The notes beneath the pieces were generated by a model. The model was not told the origin of the DNA and did no database searches. It worked only from the letters and a program-made list of their open reading frames with translations. Source: Planctomycetota bacterium (GTDB lineage: Bacteria; Planctomycetota; SZUA-567; H5-PLA8). From it: DNA of 50,552 bases. Where the stretch lies: positions 1 through 50,552 of the forward strand of contig JBBRPR010000060.1 of the NCBI GenBank assembly GCA_038227875.1, read 5' to 3'. Positions 37,297 to 46,960 of the stretch are shown piece by piece. The position numbers and the translations under genes were made by a program. Numbering within the stretch: position 1 is the first letter of the stretch; each line of letters starts with the position of its first letter.

Positions 37297-37694
37297 ACGT
37301 GACCTCATCCAAGAGAAGATCGCGCCGGGCCCGGTTGTCCCGTGGCTTCACGTTGATTGAAGTCCTGGCCGCCGTGGTCTTCGTCGCGATTGTGATTCCC
37401 GTGGTGATGCGCGGCTTTTCGCTCGCCACTTCGGCCGGCGACGTCGCCAAGACCAAGGCCGAAGCGGCGGTGCTCGCGCATTCCAAGATGAACGAGATCG
37501 TCGTCACGCGCCTCTGGCAGAATGGCGTGATGGGCGGCGACTTTTCGCCCGATCATCCGTCCTACCGCTGGGCGGCGGAGTTGAAAGACTGGGATTCCAG
37601 CACGCTCAAGGAGCTCGATGTTCACGTGACGTGGGGACAACCCGGACGCGAGCGGTCGATGACGCTCAACACGCTGGTGGAGACGCAAAACTGA
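37293..37694 (+). CDS. gspI: Minor pseudopilin GspI-like
   Basis: G|FTLIEVLAA; LAHSKMNE; YRW...V.VTW. Confidence 0.75.
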   Translation: MNVTSSKRRSRRARLSRGFTLIEVLAAVVFVAIVIPVVMRGFSLATSAGDVAKTKAEAAVLAHSKMNEIVVTRLWQNGVMGGDFSPDHPSYRWAAELKDWDSSTLKELDVHVTWGQPGRERSMTLNTLVETQN

Positions 37695-38383
37695 TGCGCC
37701 TCCACACGCGACGCCGGGGCTTCACGCTGCTGGAAGTGATGATGGCGATCACGCTGACGATGGTAATTACCGCCGCGCTTTACGGCTCACTGTACATCGG
37801 CGTGCGCGCCAGCCGCTCGGCCAACGCCGCCGTGCTGCCGGTGCGGACGGCGGTGCTGACGGTGGATCTGCTCGAGCAGGATTTTGACGCCGCGCTGCAA
37901 CCCAAGGGCGTGTTCGCCGGAGCGTTTCAAGGTTCCGACGGTTCGTCGAGCAATCCCGCGTCCGCCGCGCTCACCTTCTATTCCGCGTGCAACCTACCGC
38001 GCGACGGCGAGATCGGCGGCGATGTGCGCAAGGTCGAGCTCTATCTCAACGCGCCGCCCAACGAGACGTCGCCGGCGCTCTACCGCCGCATCACATCCAA
38101 TTTACAGGCCTCGGGCCAGCCGGTGGTGCACGAACAGATTCTCTGCCGGCGCATCAAGACCTTCAGCTTGAGCTACTATGACGGCACGCAGTGGCAGCCG
38201 ACATGGGATTCCACCGCGAAGAGCAATATTCTTCCTTCCGCCGTGCAGGTGGCGTTTGAATTCGAAACCGACAACGACGCGCCGGGAAAGTCGGGACAGA
38301 ACGTGCTCGCCAGTTACCACACCACTCACATTTACGCCCTGCAGTGCGCACAGCCCGCGCCTGTCACGACGACAGGAAACTAG
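37694..38383 (+). CDS. gspJ: Minor pseudopilin GspJ-like
   Basis: RRG|FTLLEVMMA; YYDGTQWQPTWDS...LPSAV. Confidence 0.8.
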   Translation: MRLHTRRRGFTLLEVMMAITLTMVITAALYGSLYIGVRASRSANAAVLPVRTAVLTVDLLEQDFDAALQPKGVFAGAFQGSDGSSSNPASAALTFYSACNLPRDGEIGGDVRKVELYLNAPPNETSPALYRRITSNLQASGQPVVHEQILCRRIKTFSLSYYDGTQWQPTWDSTAKSNILPSAVQVAFEFETDNDAPGKSGQNVLASYHTTHIYALQCAQPAPVTTTGN

Positions 38384-38390
38384 CGCAGCC

Positions 38391-39755
38391 ATGACGACGC
38401 CCGCTCACAGATCTCCACTTCGACGCCTTCACCTGCGGCAACGCGGCGCGATTTTGATTCTGGCCATGGGCATCGCCATCGTGCTCACAGGACTCGTGCT
38501 GGTCTTCTCCCGTCAGATGCGCGTTGAAGCCGTCGCGTCCGGAAATTTGGAAGCGGAACTGGAAGCCGATGCCATCGCCAGCGGCGCGGCGCGGCATGTG
38601 CTCAACCGGCTGCTCCAGAACACCGTTCAAACCAATCTGGACAATGAAATACAGTCCCAGGCCGTGACGCTGGGCAACGGACAATTCTGGATCATCCGCC
38701 CCAACGCCAAGGACGAGCATCAATACGATTTCGGCATCGTCGACGAATCTTCAAAACTGAATCTCAACACCGCCAGCGTGGACATGCTGACGCTGCTTCC
38801 TGGCAATTACGCCGAACTCGCCGCGGCGATCGTCGACTGGCACGACGCGGACAGCAATACCACGCCCGGCGGCGCGGAGAACGATTACTACCTCTCGCTG
38901 CCCGAGCCGTACGTCTGCAAGAACTCCGCCTTCGAGACGCTCGACGAATTGCGTCTGGTGAAAGGCGCGACGCTGGAAGCGCTGTACGGCGTCGACCTCA
39001 ATCACAATGGCGTCGTCGACGCGAGCGAATCCGGCTCGTCGGGTCCGCTCTCCGGGCTTAATGGGCAAGCCCAATGTGGGATCTGCAAGTACCTGACCTG
39101 TTACAGTGCCTCGCTGAACGTGGCCAAGGACGGCACGGCGCGCATCTTCGTCGGCGACAACAACCGCGGAACACTGTTTGGCCTGGCGCGATTTCTGAGC
39201 GCCAAGCTGTCCGGAAGAAGCATTGCAGGGATCCTCTCGAATCTGCGCAGCAACCCGCCCTCGACGAATCCGCTGGATTTCTACGTCAAGTCTGAGATGA
39301 CCATCGACGACTTCAAGCTCATCGCAGACAACATCACCACTGTGCGCGGACGCAACCAGCGCGGCCTGGTGAACGTCAACACCGCGCCGCGGGAAGTGTT
39401 GAAAAGCCTGCCCGGACTGGATGACAGCGACGTGGACCTGCTGATCGCGACGCGCACCGGGAGCCAGTCGCTGGACAGCATCGGCTGGGTCGCGCAGGTT
39501 CTGCCCAAAGCGAAACAGGCGGCGATTGGCGGGCTGATCACCACGCGGAGCTGGCAGTTCTCCGCCGATATCGTGGCCGTGGCGGGAAATGGGCGCGGAT
39601 TTAAACGCTGCAAGTATGTATTCGATCTGCGCACGACACCGCCGTCGATTGTGCTGCGGAAGGATTTGACCAGTCTGGGCTGGCCGTTGGACCCGCGACT
39701 TTTGCAGACGCTGAAGGCGGGATCTGCCGATAACCGATTGTGGAATAACAGATAA
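38391..39755 (+). CDS. gspK: Minor pseudopilin GspK
   Basis: QRG|AILIL; DESSKLNLN, AIVDWHDAD, ELRLVKG, VNVNTAPREVL. Confidence 0.88.
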   Translation: MTTPAHRSPLRRLHLRQRGAILILAMGIAIVLTGLVLVFSRQMRVEAVASGNLEAELEADAIASGAARHVLNRLLQNTVQTNLDNEIQSQAVTLGNGQFWIIRPNAKDEHQYDFGIVDESSKLNLNTASVDMLTLLPGNYAELAAAIVDWHDADSNTTPGGAENDYYLSLPEPYVCKNSAFETLDELRLVKGATLEALYGVDLNHNGVVDASESGSSGPLSGLNGQAQCGICKYLTCYSASLNVAKDGTARIFVGDNNRGTLFGLARFLSAKLSGRSIAGILSNLRSNPPSTNPLDFYVKSEMTIDDFKLIADNITTVRGRNQRGLVNVNTAPREVLKSLPGLDDSDVDLLIATRTGSQSLDSIGWVAQVLPKAKQAAIGGLITTRSWQFSADIVAVAGNGRGFKRCKYVFDLRTTPPSIVLRKDLTSLGWPLDPRLLQTLKAGSADNRLWNNR

Positions 39756-39786
39756 ACACGCAACGAACGACGTCACGGGAGCACCG

Positions 39787-41175
39787 ATGGGGCTGTTGAG
39801 TGGAGGCAGTTTTCTGGGGATCGCGCTGAGCGCCAACGCGCTGCAGTTGGCCGAACTGCGCGGCTCCGGCAGCCGCTACAGGCTCGTCCACGCCGCCGTC
39901 TTTCCCATCGGCGAACAGCGTCTCCTTTCTGAGCCTGGGGTGCTGGGCAAGGAACTCCATCAGTTTCTGAAAGCACAGGGTTTCTCCGCGCGCCAGGCCG
40001 TCGCGGGCTTTCCGGCTCAATGGCTGATGTTCAAAGAAAAATCACTCCCCGATGCATCGGCGGAGGCCACGGCCGCCATGCTCGTGCTTCAAGCAGAGCG
40101 CGATTTCTCGATGGATCCGCCATCGCTGTCGCTGGATTTTCTGCCGGGGATTCCCGTCAAAGGCACGCAGCGCGTCATCCTCGCGGCGGCCGTCCGCGAT
40201 CGGATCGCGAGTGTGCAGCGCATGATGCTGGCCGCTGGACTTCAACTCCGCGGCGTGACGTCGACGTCGCTAGCCATTGCCGGCGTTTCCGGCGGAGCCA
40301 ACGTACTCTACATGGGCGAGAATGGCGTCGAATGCCTGGCTCACGACGACCAGGGCGTGCGCGCGATCCGCTATCTGGCGCCGGCTTCCGCGGTGAAAGG
40401 CGGCGGCGCATCGCCGGGCGTGTCCGGAGAATTGCGCCGCGCGGCGTTCTTATCTGGAGCGAAGCTGGTCTCCGGTGAACTGGCGATCTGGGACGACTTG
40501 GGCGTGGACGACAAGATCGCCGCGGATCTCTTCGCTGGAGAAAACGTGCATGTCAGGCGCGGCACCACGTTCCCGGCGATGGAGTCGGCGGGCGACGCCG
40601 GCGAGCATTCCGCCGGCAGCATGGCGCTGGCCTTGTGCGCGGCGAATTCAAAATGGATGGGCCTGGATTTTCTGCACTCCCGCCTGGAGCCCAAGCCGCC
40701 TCGCAAATTTACCTCGGCCCGGGTCTGGGCCGCCGTCGGCGTACTCACCGCGCTGGCCGCGTTTGGCTACCTGTTGCTGGACTGGCGGCAGAACGCCGCG
40801 GAGCTGACCGAGCTGCGCCAGAAACGCGATGACATGAAGGGCAGCGAGAAGTCCGCCAAGGAATTCATCGCGCGCGTCAAGCTGGCCACCAACTGGGGCG
40901 ACAACCGGCCCAATTACCTGGAATGCCTCCGCGCCGTCACGCTCTGCTTTCCGGATAAGGAACGCATCTGGGCCTCCACGCTTTCCGTCCGCGACGACAT
41001 GAAAGGTATCATGACCGGCGGCGCTTCGGATTCGAAGACCGTTCTTGAACTGCTGGACCACTTGAAGAACAACGCCGCCTTCGCCGATGTCAAAATGCTG
41101 CAGATGCGCGAATCCGAAGGCAAGAATGCCGAAGTGACCTATTCGATTGCTTTCTCCTATTTGGGAGGAGGCTAA
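39787..41175 (+). CDS. GspL-like protein (PilM-like actin-fold domain, TM helix, PilN-like domain)
   Basis: FLGIAL..LQLAE N-terminus; DFL motif, then a TM helix and a ferredoxin-like periplasmic domain. Confidence 0.75.
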   Translation: MGLLSGGSFLGIALSANALQLAELRGSGSRYRLVHAAVFPIGEQRLLSEPGVLGKELHQFLKAQGFSARQAVAGFPAQWLMFKEKSLPDASAEATAAMLVLQAERDFSMDPPSLSLDFLPGIPVKGTQRVILAAAVRDRIASVQRMMLAAGLQLRGVTSTSLAIAGVSGGANVLYMGENGVECLAHDDQGVRAIRYLAPASAVKGGGASPGVSGELRRAAFLSGAKLVSGELAIWDDLGVDDKIAADLFAGENVHVRRGTTFPAMESAGDAGEHSAGSMALALCAANSKWMGLDFLHSRLEPKPPRKFTSARVWAAVGVLTALAAFGYLLLDWRQNAAELTELRQKRDDMKGSEKSAKEFIARVKLATNWGDNRPNYLECLRAVTLCFPDKERIWASTLSVRDDMKGIMTGGASDSKTVLELLDHLKNNAAFADVKMLQMRESEGKNAEVTYSIAFSYLGGG

Positions 41176-41179
41176 AACC

Positions 41180-41764
41180 ATGGCATTGGCAAAACGTGAA
41201 CGCATGCTGGTCATCGGAACAGTCGCCGTCGTGGGCCTCTTGGGGCTCGACCAATACCTGCTGACGCCGGTGCTCGATGCCGAGGATCAGTTGCAGAACG
41301 AGCGGCAGCAGATTGTCTCCGACATGACGCGCGCGCAGAACGTGATGTCCGACCGCAAGGTCGCAATGACGCGCTGGCGAACGATGGTGCGCAGCGGATT
41401 GAAATCGGATCCCGCCGAAGCCGAAGGCCAGTTACTGCACGCGCTGCGCGACTGGGCCAAGGAGTCGGGCTTGGTGTTGTCCTCAGTCAAACCCGAACGG
41501 CCGGAATCGAAAGACACGCAGCTTCGAGAAATCCAGGTGCAAGCCAGCGCCAACGGCACGATGGAAGCTCTGACCAAATTCATGCTGAAGGTACAGCAAT
41601 CCGCGTTTCCGCTGAAGCTCTCGGAGTTTCAGATGGCCTCGCGCAACGAATCGACCAACGATATTGCCCTGCAGATCAAAGTCTCCACCTTGTACAAGGG
41701 CACCGCGCCGGCGGCCGACAGCACCGGGAAATCCAGCAGCCCAACCGCGGAGGAGGCGAAATGA
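41180..41764 (+). CDS. GspM/PilO-like protein
   Basis: LAKRERMLV plus TM helix, coiled coil, GTMEALTKFM; GGAGG RBS. Confidence 0.75.
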   Translation: MALAKRERMLVIGTVAVVGLLGLDQYLLTPVLDAEDQLQNERQQIVSDMTRAQNVMSDRKVAMTRWRTMVRSGLKSDPAEAEGQLLHALRDWAKESGLVLSSVKPERPESKDTQLREIQVQASANGTMEALTKFMLKVQQSAFPLKLSEFQMASRNESTNDIALQIKVSTLYKGTAPAADSTGKSSSPTAEEAK

Positions 41765-42375
41765 AAACCAAAGTCGCGCTGGCCCTTCTCCTTGCCGTCG
41801 CCCCGTTGACCGCCGGCGAGCCGTCGCTCGAAAAGCCGTCGGTTCCAGCCGTGGCGCCCGTGCGTGCCGCGCCCACGGCGGATCGCTACAACGTCATCCT
41901 GCGCAAAAACATCTTCGCCAAAGACCGGCAGAATTTGAACGCCGACGGCAGCACTCCGCCGGTCGTGAAGACCACGGTGAAGGAGCCGCCCAAGCCCGAG
42001 GCGCTGACGGTCCTCGTCGGCGTCGTCGAACGCGACGGAAAACTCTCCGCCATGCTCGAAAACCGCGGGACCGGAAAAACCCAGGTTCTGCACAGCGGCG
42101 ATTCGGTTGCAGGCGGTAAAATCGGCACGATTACACTCGACTCGATTGAATACAGCGCGGCCAACGCGGGGAGCGCCGTGACCGTCAGTATCGGCCGGAC
42201 CCTTGAAGGCGGAGCGCCACCGATGGCGACTGATGCCAAAACTGGGGAGTCGACCGCGACGACTTCTTCGGCGTCCGGTGGCACCGCCGCGCCAGCAGTG
42301 CCCGCGGCTCCGTCCGGCAGCAACGACATTCTCGAACGTATGCGCAAGAAACGACAGGAGGAGTTGAGTAAATGA
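41761..42375 (+). CDS. GspC-like accessory protein
   Basis: YNVILRKNIF, LVGVV..AMLE..GD.V.G HR-like domain; position before the secretin. Confidence 0.55.
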   Translation: MKTKVALALLLAVAPLTAGEPSLEKPSVPAVAPVRAAPTADRYNVILRKNIFAKDRQNLNADGSTPPVVKTTVKEPPKPEALTVLVGVVERDGKLSAMLENRGTGKTQVLHSGDSVAGGKIGTITLDSIEYSAANAGSAVTVSIGRTLEGGAPPMATDAKTGESTATTSSASGGTAAPAVPAAPSGSNDILERMRKKRQEELSK

Positions 42376-44678
42376 GCGGATCCTTGATTCACTTTCGCCG
42401 ATGCCCGGGGAGGATCTTCCCGCTGGCGCTCCTGCTCGTGATCGCGCTCGCGTTGCTGCATGTTGCCGCTGCTCCGGCAGCCGAAGATGCTCCGGCACAG
42501 AACATCAAATTGAATTTCAAAGACACACCGGTCGAGGCGGTGCTCGAGCAGCTTTCTGAATTGACTGGCCTGACCATCATCAAGGACGTCACGGTCGACG
42601 GCCGCATCACGATCATCAGCAAGCAGTCGATGAACCTCGACGACGCGATTGCGCTGATCAACTCCGTGCTCCTGGAAAAAGGTTACGTCGGCATCCGCAC
42701 CGGCAAAGTTTTCAAGCTGGTCAAACTGGACGAAGCGAAGAAACACAACATCCCCGTGCGCGTCGGCGCCGATCCGGCCCAGATCGACAACAGTGAACAG
42801 GTCATCACGCAGATTATTCCCATCAAGTACATCGACGCCGGTCAGCTCAAGAAGGATTTCGCGCCGATGGTGGCCGCCTACGCGGAACTGACCTCCAACA
42901 CCGGCAGCAACTCGCTGATCCTCACCGACACCAGCGCCAACATCCGCCGCATCGCGGAGATGATCCAGGCCATGGACAAGCAGTCCACCGCGCTGGCCGA
43001 GGTCAAAGTCTTCCAACTCAAGTATGCCAATTCCACCAGCGCCGCGAAGCTGCTCAACGACCTCTTCAAGGAAGAGGACGACAAGACCGGCGCGGCGGCC
43101 AACAATGTCCCCGCGTTCTTTCGCGGATTTGGCGGCGGTGGTGGGCCGCCGGGAGCAGGCGGCCGGCCCAATCAACCCGCGCAACCAGACCCAACCGACC
43201 AGCAGAGCCACAAGCTGAAAAAGGTTACCGCATCAGCCGACGACCGCACCAACGCCGTCGTGGTCTCCGCCAGCCCAGACACGATGGTCACGATCAGCCA
43301 GATCATCAAGGAGCTCGACGCCAATCCCGCCGAAGAGCAGGGAGTATTCATTTATCACTGCATGAATGCACAGTCCGCGAATCTGGAAACCGTGGTCAAT
43401 ACGCTCTTCGCCTCGAATACATCCGGAAGTTCGACGGCCATCAAGCGCACAGCGACGACGCCGAATCAAAACACCGGCATCGGCCAGAACGTACAGCGCT
43501 CACCGTCCTCCAGTTCCCTGCCGGGCAGTCTGATCACGCCGGTGCAGACGACGCAACCCACATTCAATCAGCCCTCACAAACCTCCAACGGCGCCTCGTC
43601 GCGGCCCGCGGGATTGTCCGGTGATTTGACCGGCCAGGTCTTCGTGGTCGCCGATACAGACACGAATTCGTTGATCGTTCTCACGCCGTCCAAACATTTC
43701 GAGCGTGTTCGAAATATCCTCAAGGATCTGGACCGTCCCGTGGCGCAGGTGCTGATCAAGGTCCTGATCGCCGAGGTGACCCACGACAAGGGCAGCGATA
43801 TTGGTCTCGACACCTCGGTCCTGACCAAAGGCTCCGTGCAGTCCGCTGTCACCAGCTTCGGCGTGGCCGACGTCACGGGCGGCTTGATCGCCAAAACCCT
43901 GATCGACAAGGATGTCTCGTTGACGCTCGGCGCCCTGGAAAAAGTGGGCAAAGTCGATGTGCTTTCACGACCGTATATTCTGGCGACCGACAATCAGCTC
44001 GCGACGATCACCGTGGGCAACGAAGTGCCGTTCATCACCAACACGTTGATTAGCGACACCGGCCAGCAGACCAACACCATCCAGTATCAGGACATCGGCA
44101 TCATTCTCAGCGTCACGGCGCATATCAATGAAGAAGGCCTGGTCATAATGGACGTTGCACCGCAGGTATCCGGACTCACCGGCCAGACCGTGCCGATTTC
44201 CAATACGCTTAATGCCCCAGTGTTTTCCAAACGATCGGCGCAGAGCCGCGTGGGTATCAAGGACGGACAGACGGTGGTGATCGGCGGAATGATGGAAGAC
44301 AAGAAGACGGACTCGGAGAACGGCATTCCGGTTCTGCGCAAGGTTCCCGGACTCGGCGCATTGTTCCGCCGGCGGCAATCCGACAAGAGCAAGACCGAAC
44401 TGTTGATCTTCCTCACCCCGCACGTCGCTCACATACCCGATGTTTTGAAATGCATGACCGAGCAGGAAAAAAGCGGCTTGAAGATTGTTCCCAAAGCCGT
44501 GGCGCCGGGAGTCTACGAAGAACACTTGGAAGGCTTGGAACGCGGCGACATGAGCCACGATCCCGATAATGTCCCGAAGCCTGCAGAGATTGTAGACCCC
44601 GTAACTCCAGTCATACCACCGCACGCAAAAGAAACCGCGCCACCGACTGGAAAAGAAACCACTCCGCCCAGCAAGTAA
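42372..44678 (+). CDS. gspD: Type II secretion secretin
   Basis: LNFKDT N0 domain, three N-domain repeats, LD.PVAQVLI.VLIAEV, VGNEVPF, DGQTVVIGG, IPVL..VPGLG.LF, KTELLIFLTP. Confidence 0.93.
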   Translation: MSGSLIHFRRCPGRIFPLALLLVIALALLHVAAAPAAEDAPAQNIKLNFKDTPVEAVLEQLSELTGLTIIKDVTVDGRITIISKQSMNLDDAIALINSVLLEKGYVGIRTGKVFKLVKLDEAKKHNIPVRVGADPAQIDNSEQVITQIIPIKYIDAGQLKKDFAPMVAAYAELTSNTGSNSLILTDTSANIRRIAEMIQAMDKQSTALAEVKVFQLKYANSTSAAKLLNDLFKEEDDKTGAAANNVPAFFRGFGGGGGPPGAGGRPNQPAQPDPTDQQSHKLKKVTASADDRTNAVVVSASPDTMVTISQIIKELDANPAEEQGVFIYHCMNAQSANLETVVNTLFASNTSGSSTAIKRTATTPNQNTGIGQNVQRSPSSSSLPGSLITPVQTTQPTFNQPSQTSNGASSRPAGLSGDLTGQVFVVADTDTNSLIVLTPSKHFERVRNILKDLDRPVAQVLIKVLIAEVTHDKGSDIGLDTSVLTKGSVQSAVTSFGVADVTGGLIAKTLIDKDVSLTLGALEKVGKVDVLSRPYILATDNQLATITVGNEVPFITNTLISDTGQQTNTIQYQDIGIILSVTAHINEEGLVIMDVAPQVSGLTGQTVPISNTLNAPVFSKRSAQSRVGIKDGQTVVIGGMMEDKKTDSENGIPVLRKVPGLGALFRRRQSDKSKTELLIFLTPHVAHIPDVLKCMTEQEKSGLKIVPKAVAPGVYEEHLEGLERGDMSHDPDNVPKPAEIVDPVTPVIPPHAKETAPPTGKETTPPSK

Positions 44679-44746
44679 TGCGGATGCGAAAGTGTGCAAG
44701 CCTTCAATCAGACTGGCCGTTGGTGGGAACTGGTCGTCCAAACCGT

Positions 44747-46957
44747 TCAGTGTTTCGGCATTTTCTTCCCGGCAAGGCCCGTGTCCAGAACTGCGGCCCG
44801 GACGCGGGGATCTTCATCGCTCATCAATACTGCGATATCCTTCTCGGACAGTACGTCGCGCTTGGACGTTTCCGCCAGTGCGCGAACCGCGGCCTCTCGC
44901 TGGGGCGCCGAATGAAATGACTTGATCATGCGAATCCGGGCGACTCCGGTTAGCGATGGATCGTGCATGCGCGTCCAGGCGGCCCGAGTCGCGATGGCTT
45001 CATTGGACGATGGCAGCAACGCGTCTGCAAGATCGACAACGGCAGGCGCGAGAAATTCCAACTGCTCATCATTTCGTGCCATGCGTTGGACAAGACCCGT
45101 CAGTAGCCGGTCCCACGCTTCCGCAGGATGTGCCGTATCCTTCCGCCCCAACGCAGCAATCTCAGATGGTCCCCCGAGTTGAGCCAGGGCGCTGGCGGCG
45201 GTGAGTTGGCAGACCGGGTCGGCATCCGTCATGAAGACTGACAGGGCAAGGCCAGTCTCGTTGTACAACCGCCACTCCCGATTCTCTGGGGCTGGCGTTC
45301 GACGTTCACGGTAAAGCGTGTTCAGCGCCAGATTCCGCAAAATGGGCGACGGATCGTTTTGCGCCAATGACAATGCGCGACGCGCGATAAATAGATTGTC
45401 GCCTTCAATTCCATTGTCAGGAAGCAACGCTTGCGGCTTGCTCAAGCGCCACAACGCGGATTGCACGTCCCGGCGGTCGGCACCCGTCAGAAGCTCACGC
45501 GCCAAACTGGAGGAAAATGTGTACCGCAGCCACAGAGGCCCGGCAACGCAACCCGTCCGCAATTTTCCAGGCAACGGTTCCAGCGCATCCGCTTTGTGGA
45601 GGCCTTCAAGGCTAGCGGCAATCCATTGAGCACGCGGATCGCTCGATTGCTTGAGCACAGCGCGCAAAGCAGTTCCGCATTCTGATTGGATGGAATCCGA
45701 CGCGAATTGTGCTGCGGTGAGCAACCATGCTGCCGCGTACTCACAATTGACATTGGTTGGAATGTGCGCCGAACTTTCCACTATCCAATTGCGCACCTGA
45801 GAGAAAAGATCACGGCGGCTTTCCCAGATCGCCTGCCCCAGGCTTTCAGAATCCAGACGGCGACCCAGTAACTCGGATTGCCAAAGCGCAGCTAGAGCGC
45901 AAGGTAGCACTTGAGGGCGCACGTTCGTGCTTGTGATCGTTTTCACCAATATGTTCAAAGACGGCACCGAAGCACTCCGTCCCAGCGCCAATGCGGCCGA
46001 AGAGGCGACCTGCCCATCCGGATCAGCCAGGAGAGTTTCCAATCGCATCAGCGTTGGATTGTCAGGCGTTAAAGTTTTCACCGGATCGCGACCGAGGACT
46101 TCTCCCAGGACTCGAGCGGCCGCAACTCTAAGGGCCGGGTTGGCTGAATACGCAGGATTGTCTTTCAGTCCCTCCAAGACGCTGACAACGGTAACCATCT
46201 GACTATCGTTGAGTTTCACATTCACTTGCCGACGTACGAATCCGTCGTCTGAAATGTTGATCGTGCGGTCGCCCCCCCCGCTTGCCCAAGCCAATGCGGC
46301 TGAAGATCCAGGCGTCGTAGAGCGAGAATCGTTCAGAATGGAATCAAGGCTGCGCGCATCGCAAAAACGCAGCGAGCGCCAGGGGCGTAATGCACCCCAG
46401 TCCGGACTGTCCGGGTCAACCTTGGACGACAGGATTCCCCAGAGCAGTTCCTCGCTTTTAAGTTCTCGAATAATGAAATTATTTTCTCTCGTTTCCACGG
46501 CAAAGCCGCAGAGGGTCAGAATATTCAACGCCTCCGGCACGGAAATCCTGCCATCGCCTTCGTACTCAGATAGCTGGATATCGGCAGCGCGTTTCTGTAC
46601 GTCAGGATTTTCCCATTCCACAGTATGACCGTTTGCAGCATTGATTGATGTGATGAACTTCTGCGCAGTCAGACCTCCACCGCGGAGGATATCCATTGAT
46701 ACAAATTGCGCGGGAGTGATGTTAATCTCGGGAGTCGAAGGCACCGCATCGGAGGGCGGCGATTGCGATGATTTGGTGGATTGGGAATCGACGGGGGCGT
46801 CCTGACCGGAATGTTTGGTGCTTCCGGGGCGAAACCAGAGGACCATCGAGGTTGCGACAGCAACCGATGCGATCAGAGGCAACAGTATTCGGCGGTCGCG
46901 TCGGGCGGGCGAATAGACGTGGAAATCAGTCTTTCCGGCACGTTCGTCACCCGACAT
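44747..46957 (-). CDS. Membrane-anchored HEAT-repeat protein
   Basis: N-terminal TM helix; LLADPDGQVASSAALALG, DADPVCQLTAASALAQLG, DEDPRVRAA. Confidence 0.7.
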   Translation of the reverse strand: MSGDERAGKTDFHVYSPARRDRRILLPLIASVAVATSMVLWFRPGSTKHSGQDAPVDSQSTKSSQSPPSDAVPSTPEINITPAQFVSMDILRGGGLTAQKFITSINAANGHTVEWENPDVQKRAADIQLSEYEGDGRISVPEALNILTLCGFAVETRENNFIIRELKSEELLWGILSSKVDPDSPDWGALRPWRSLRFCDARSLDSILNDSRSTTPGSSAALAWASGGGDRTINISDDGFVRRQVNVKLNDSQMVTVVSVLEGLKDNPAYSANPALRVAAARVLGEVLGRDPVKTLTPDNPTLMRLETLLADPDGQVASSAALALGRSASVPSLNILVKTITSTNVRPQVLPCALAALWQSELLGRRLDSESLGQAIWESRRDLFSQVRNWIVESSAHIPTNVNCEYAAAWLLTAAQFASDSIQSECGTALRAVLKQSSDPRAQWIAASLEGLHKADALEPLPGKLRTGCVAGPLWLRYTFSSSLARELLTGADRRDVQSALWRLSKPQALLPDNGIEGDNLFIARRALSLAQNDPSPILRNLALNTLYRERRTPAPENREWRLYNETGLALSVFMTDADPVCQLTAASALAQLGGPSEIAALGRKDTAHPAEAWDRLLTGLVQRMARNDEQLEFLAPAVVDLADALLPSSNEAIATRAAWTRMHDPSLTGVARIRMIKSFHSAPQREAAVRALAETSKRDVLSEKDIAVLMSDEDPRVRAAVLDTGLAGKKMPKH

Positions 46958-46960
46958 CGT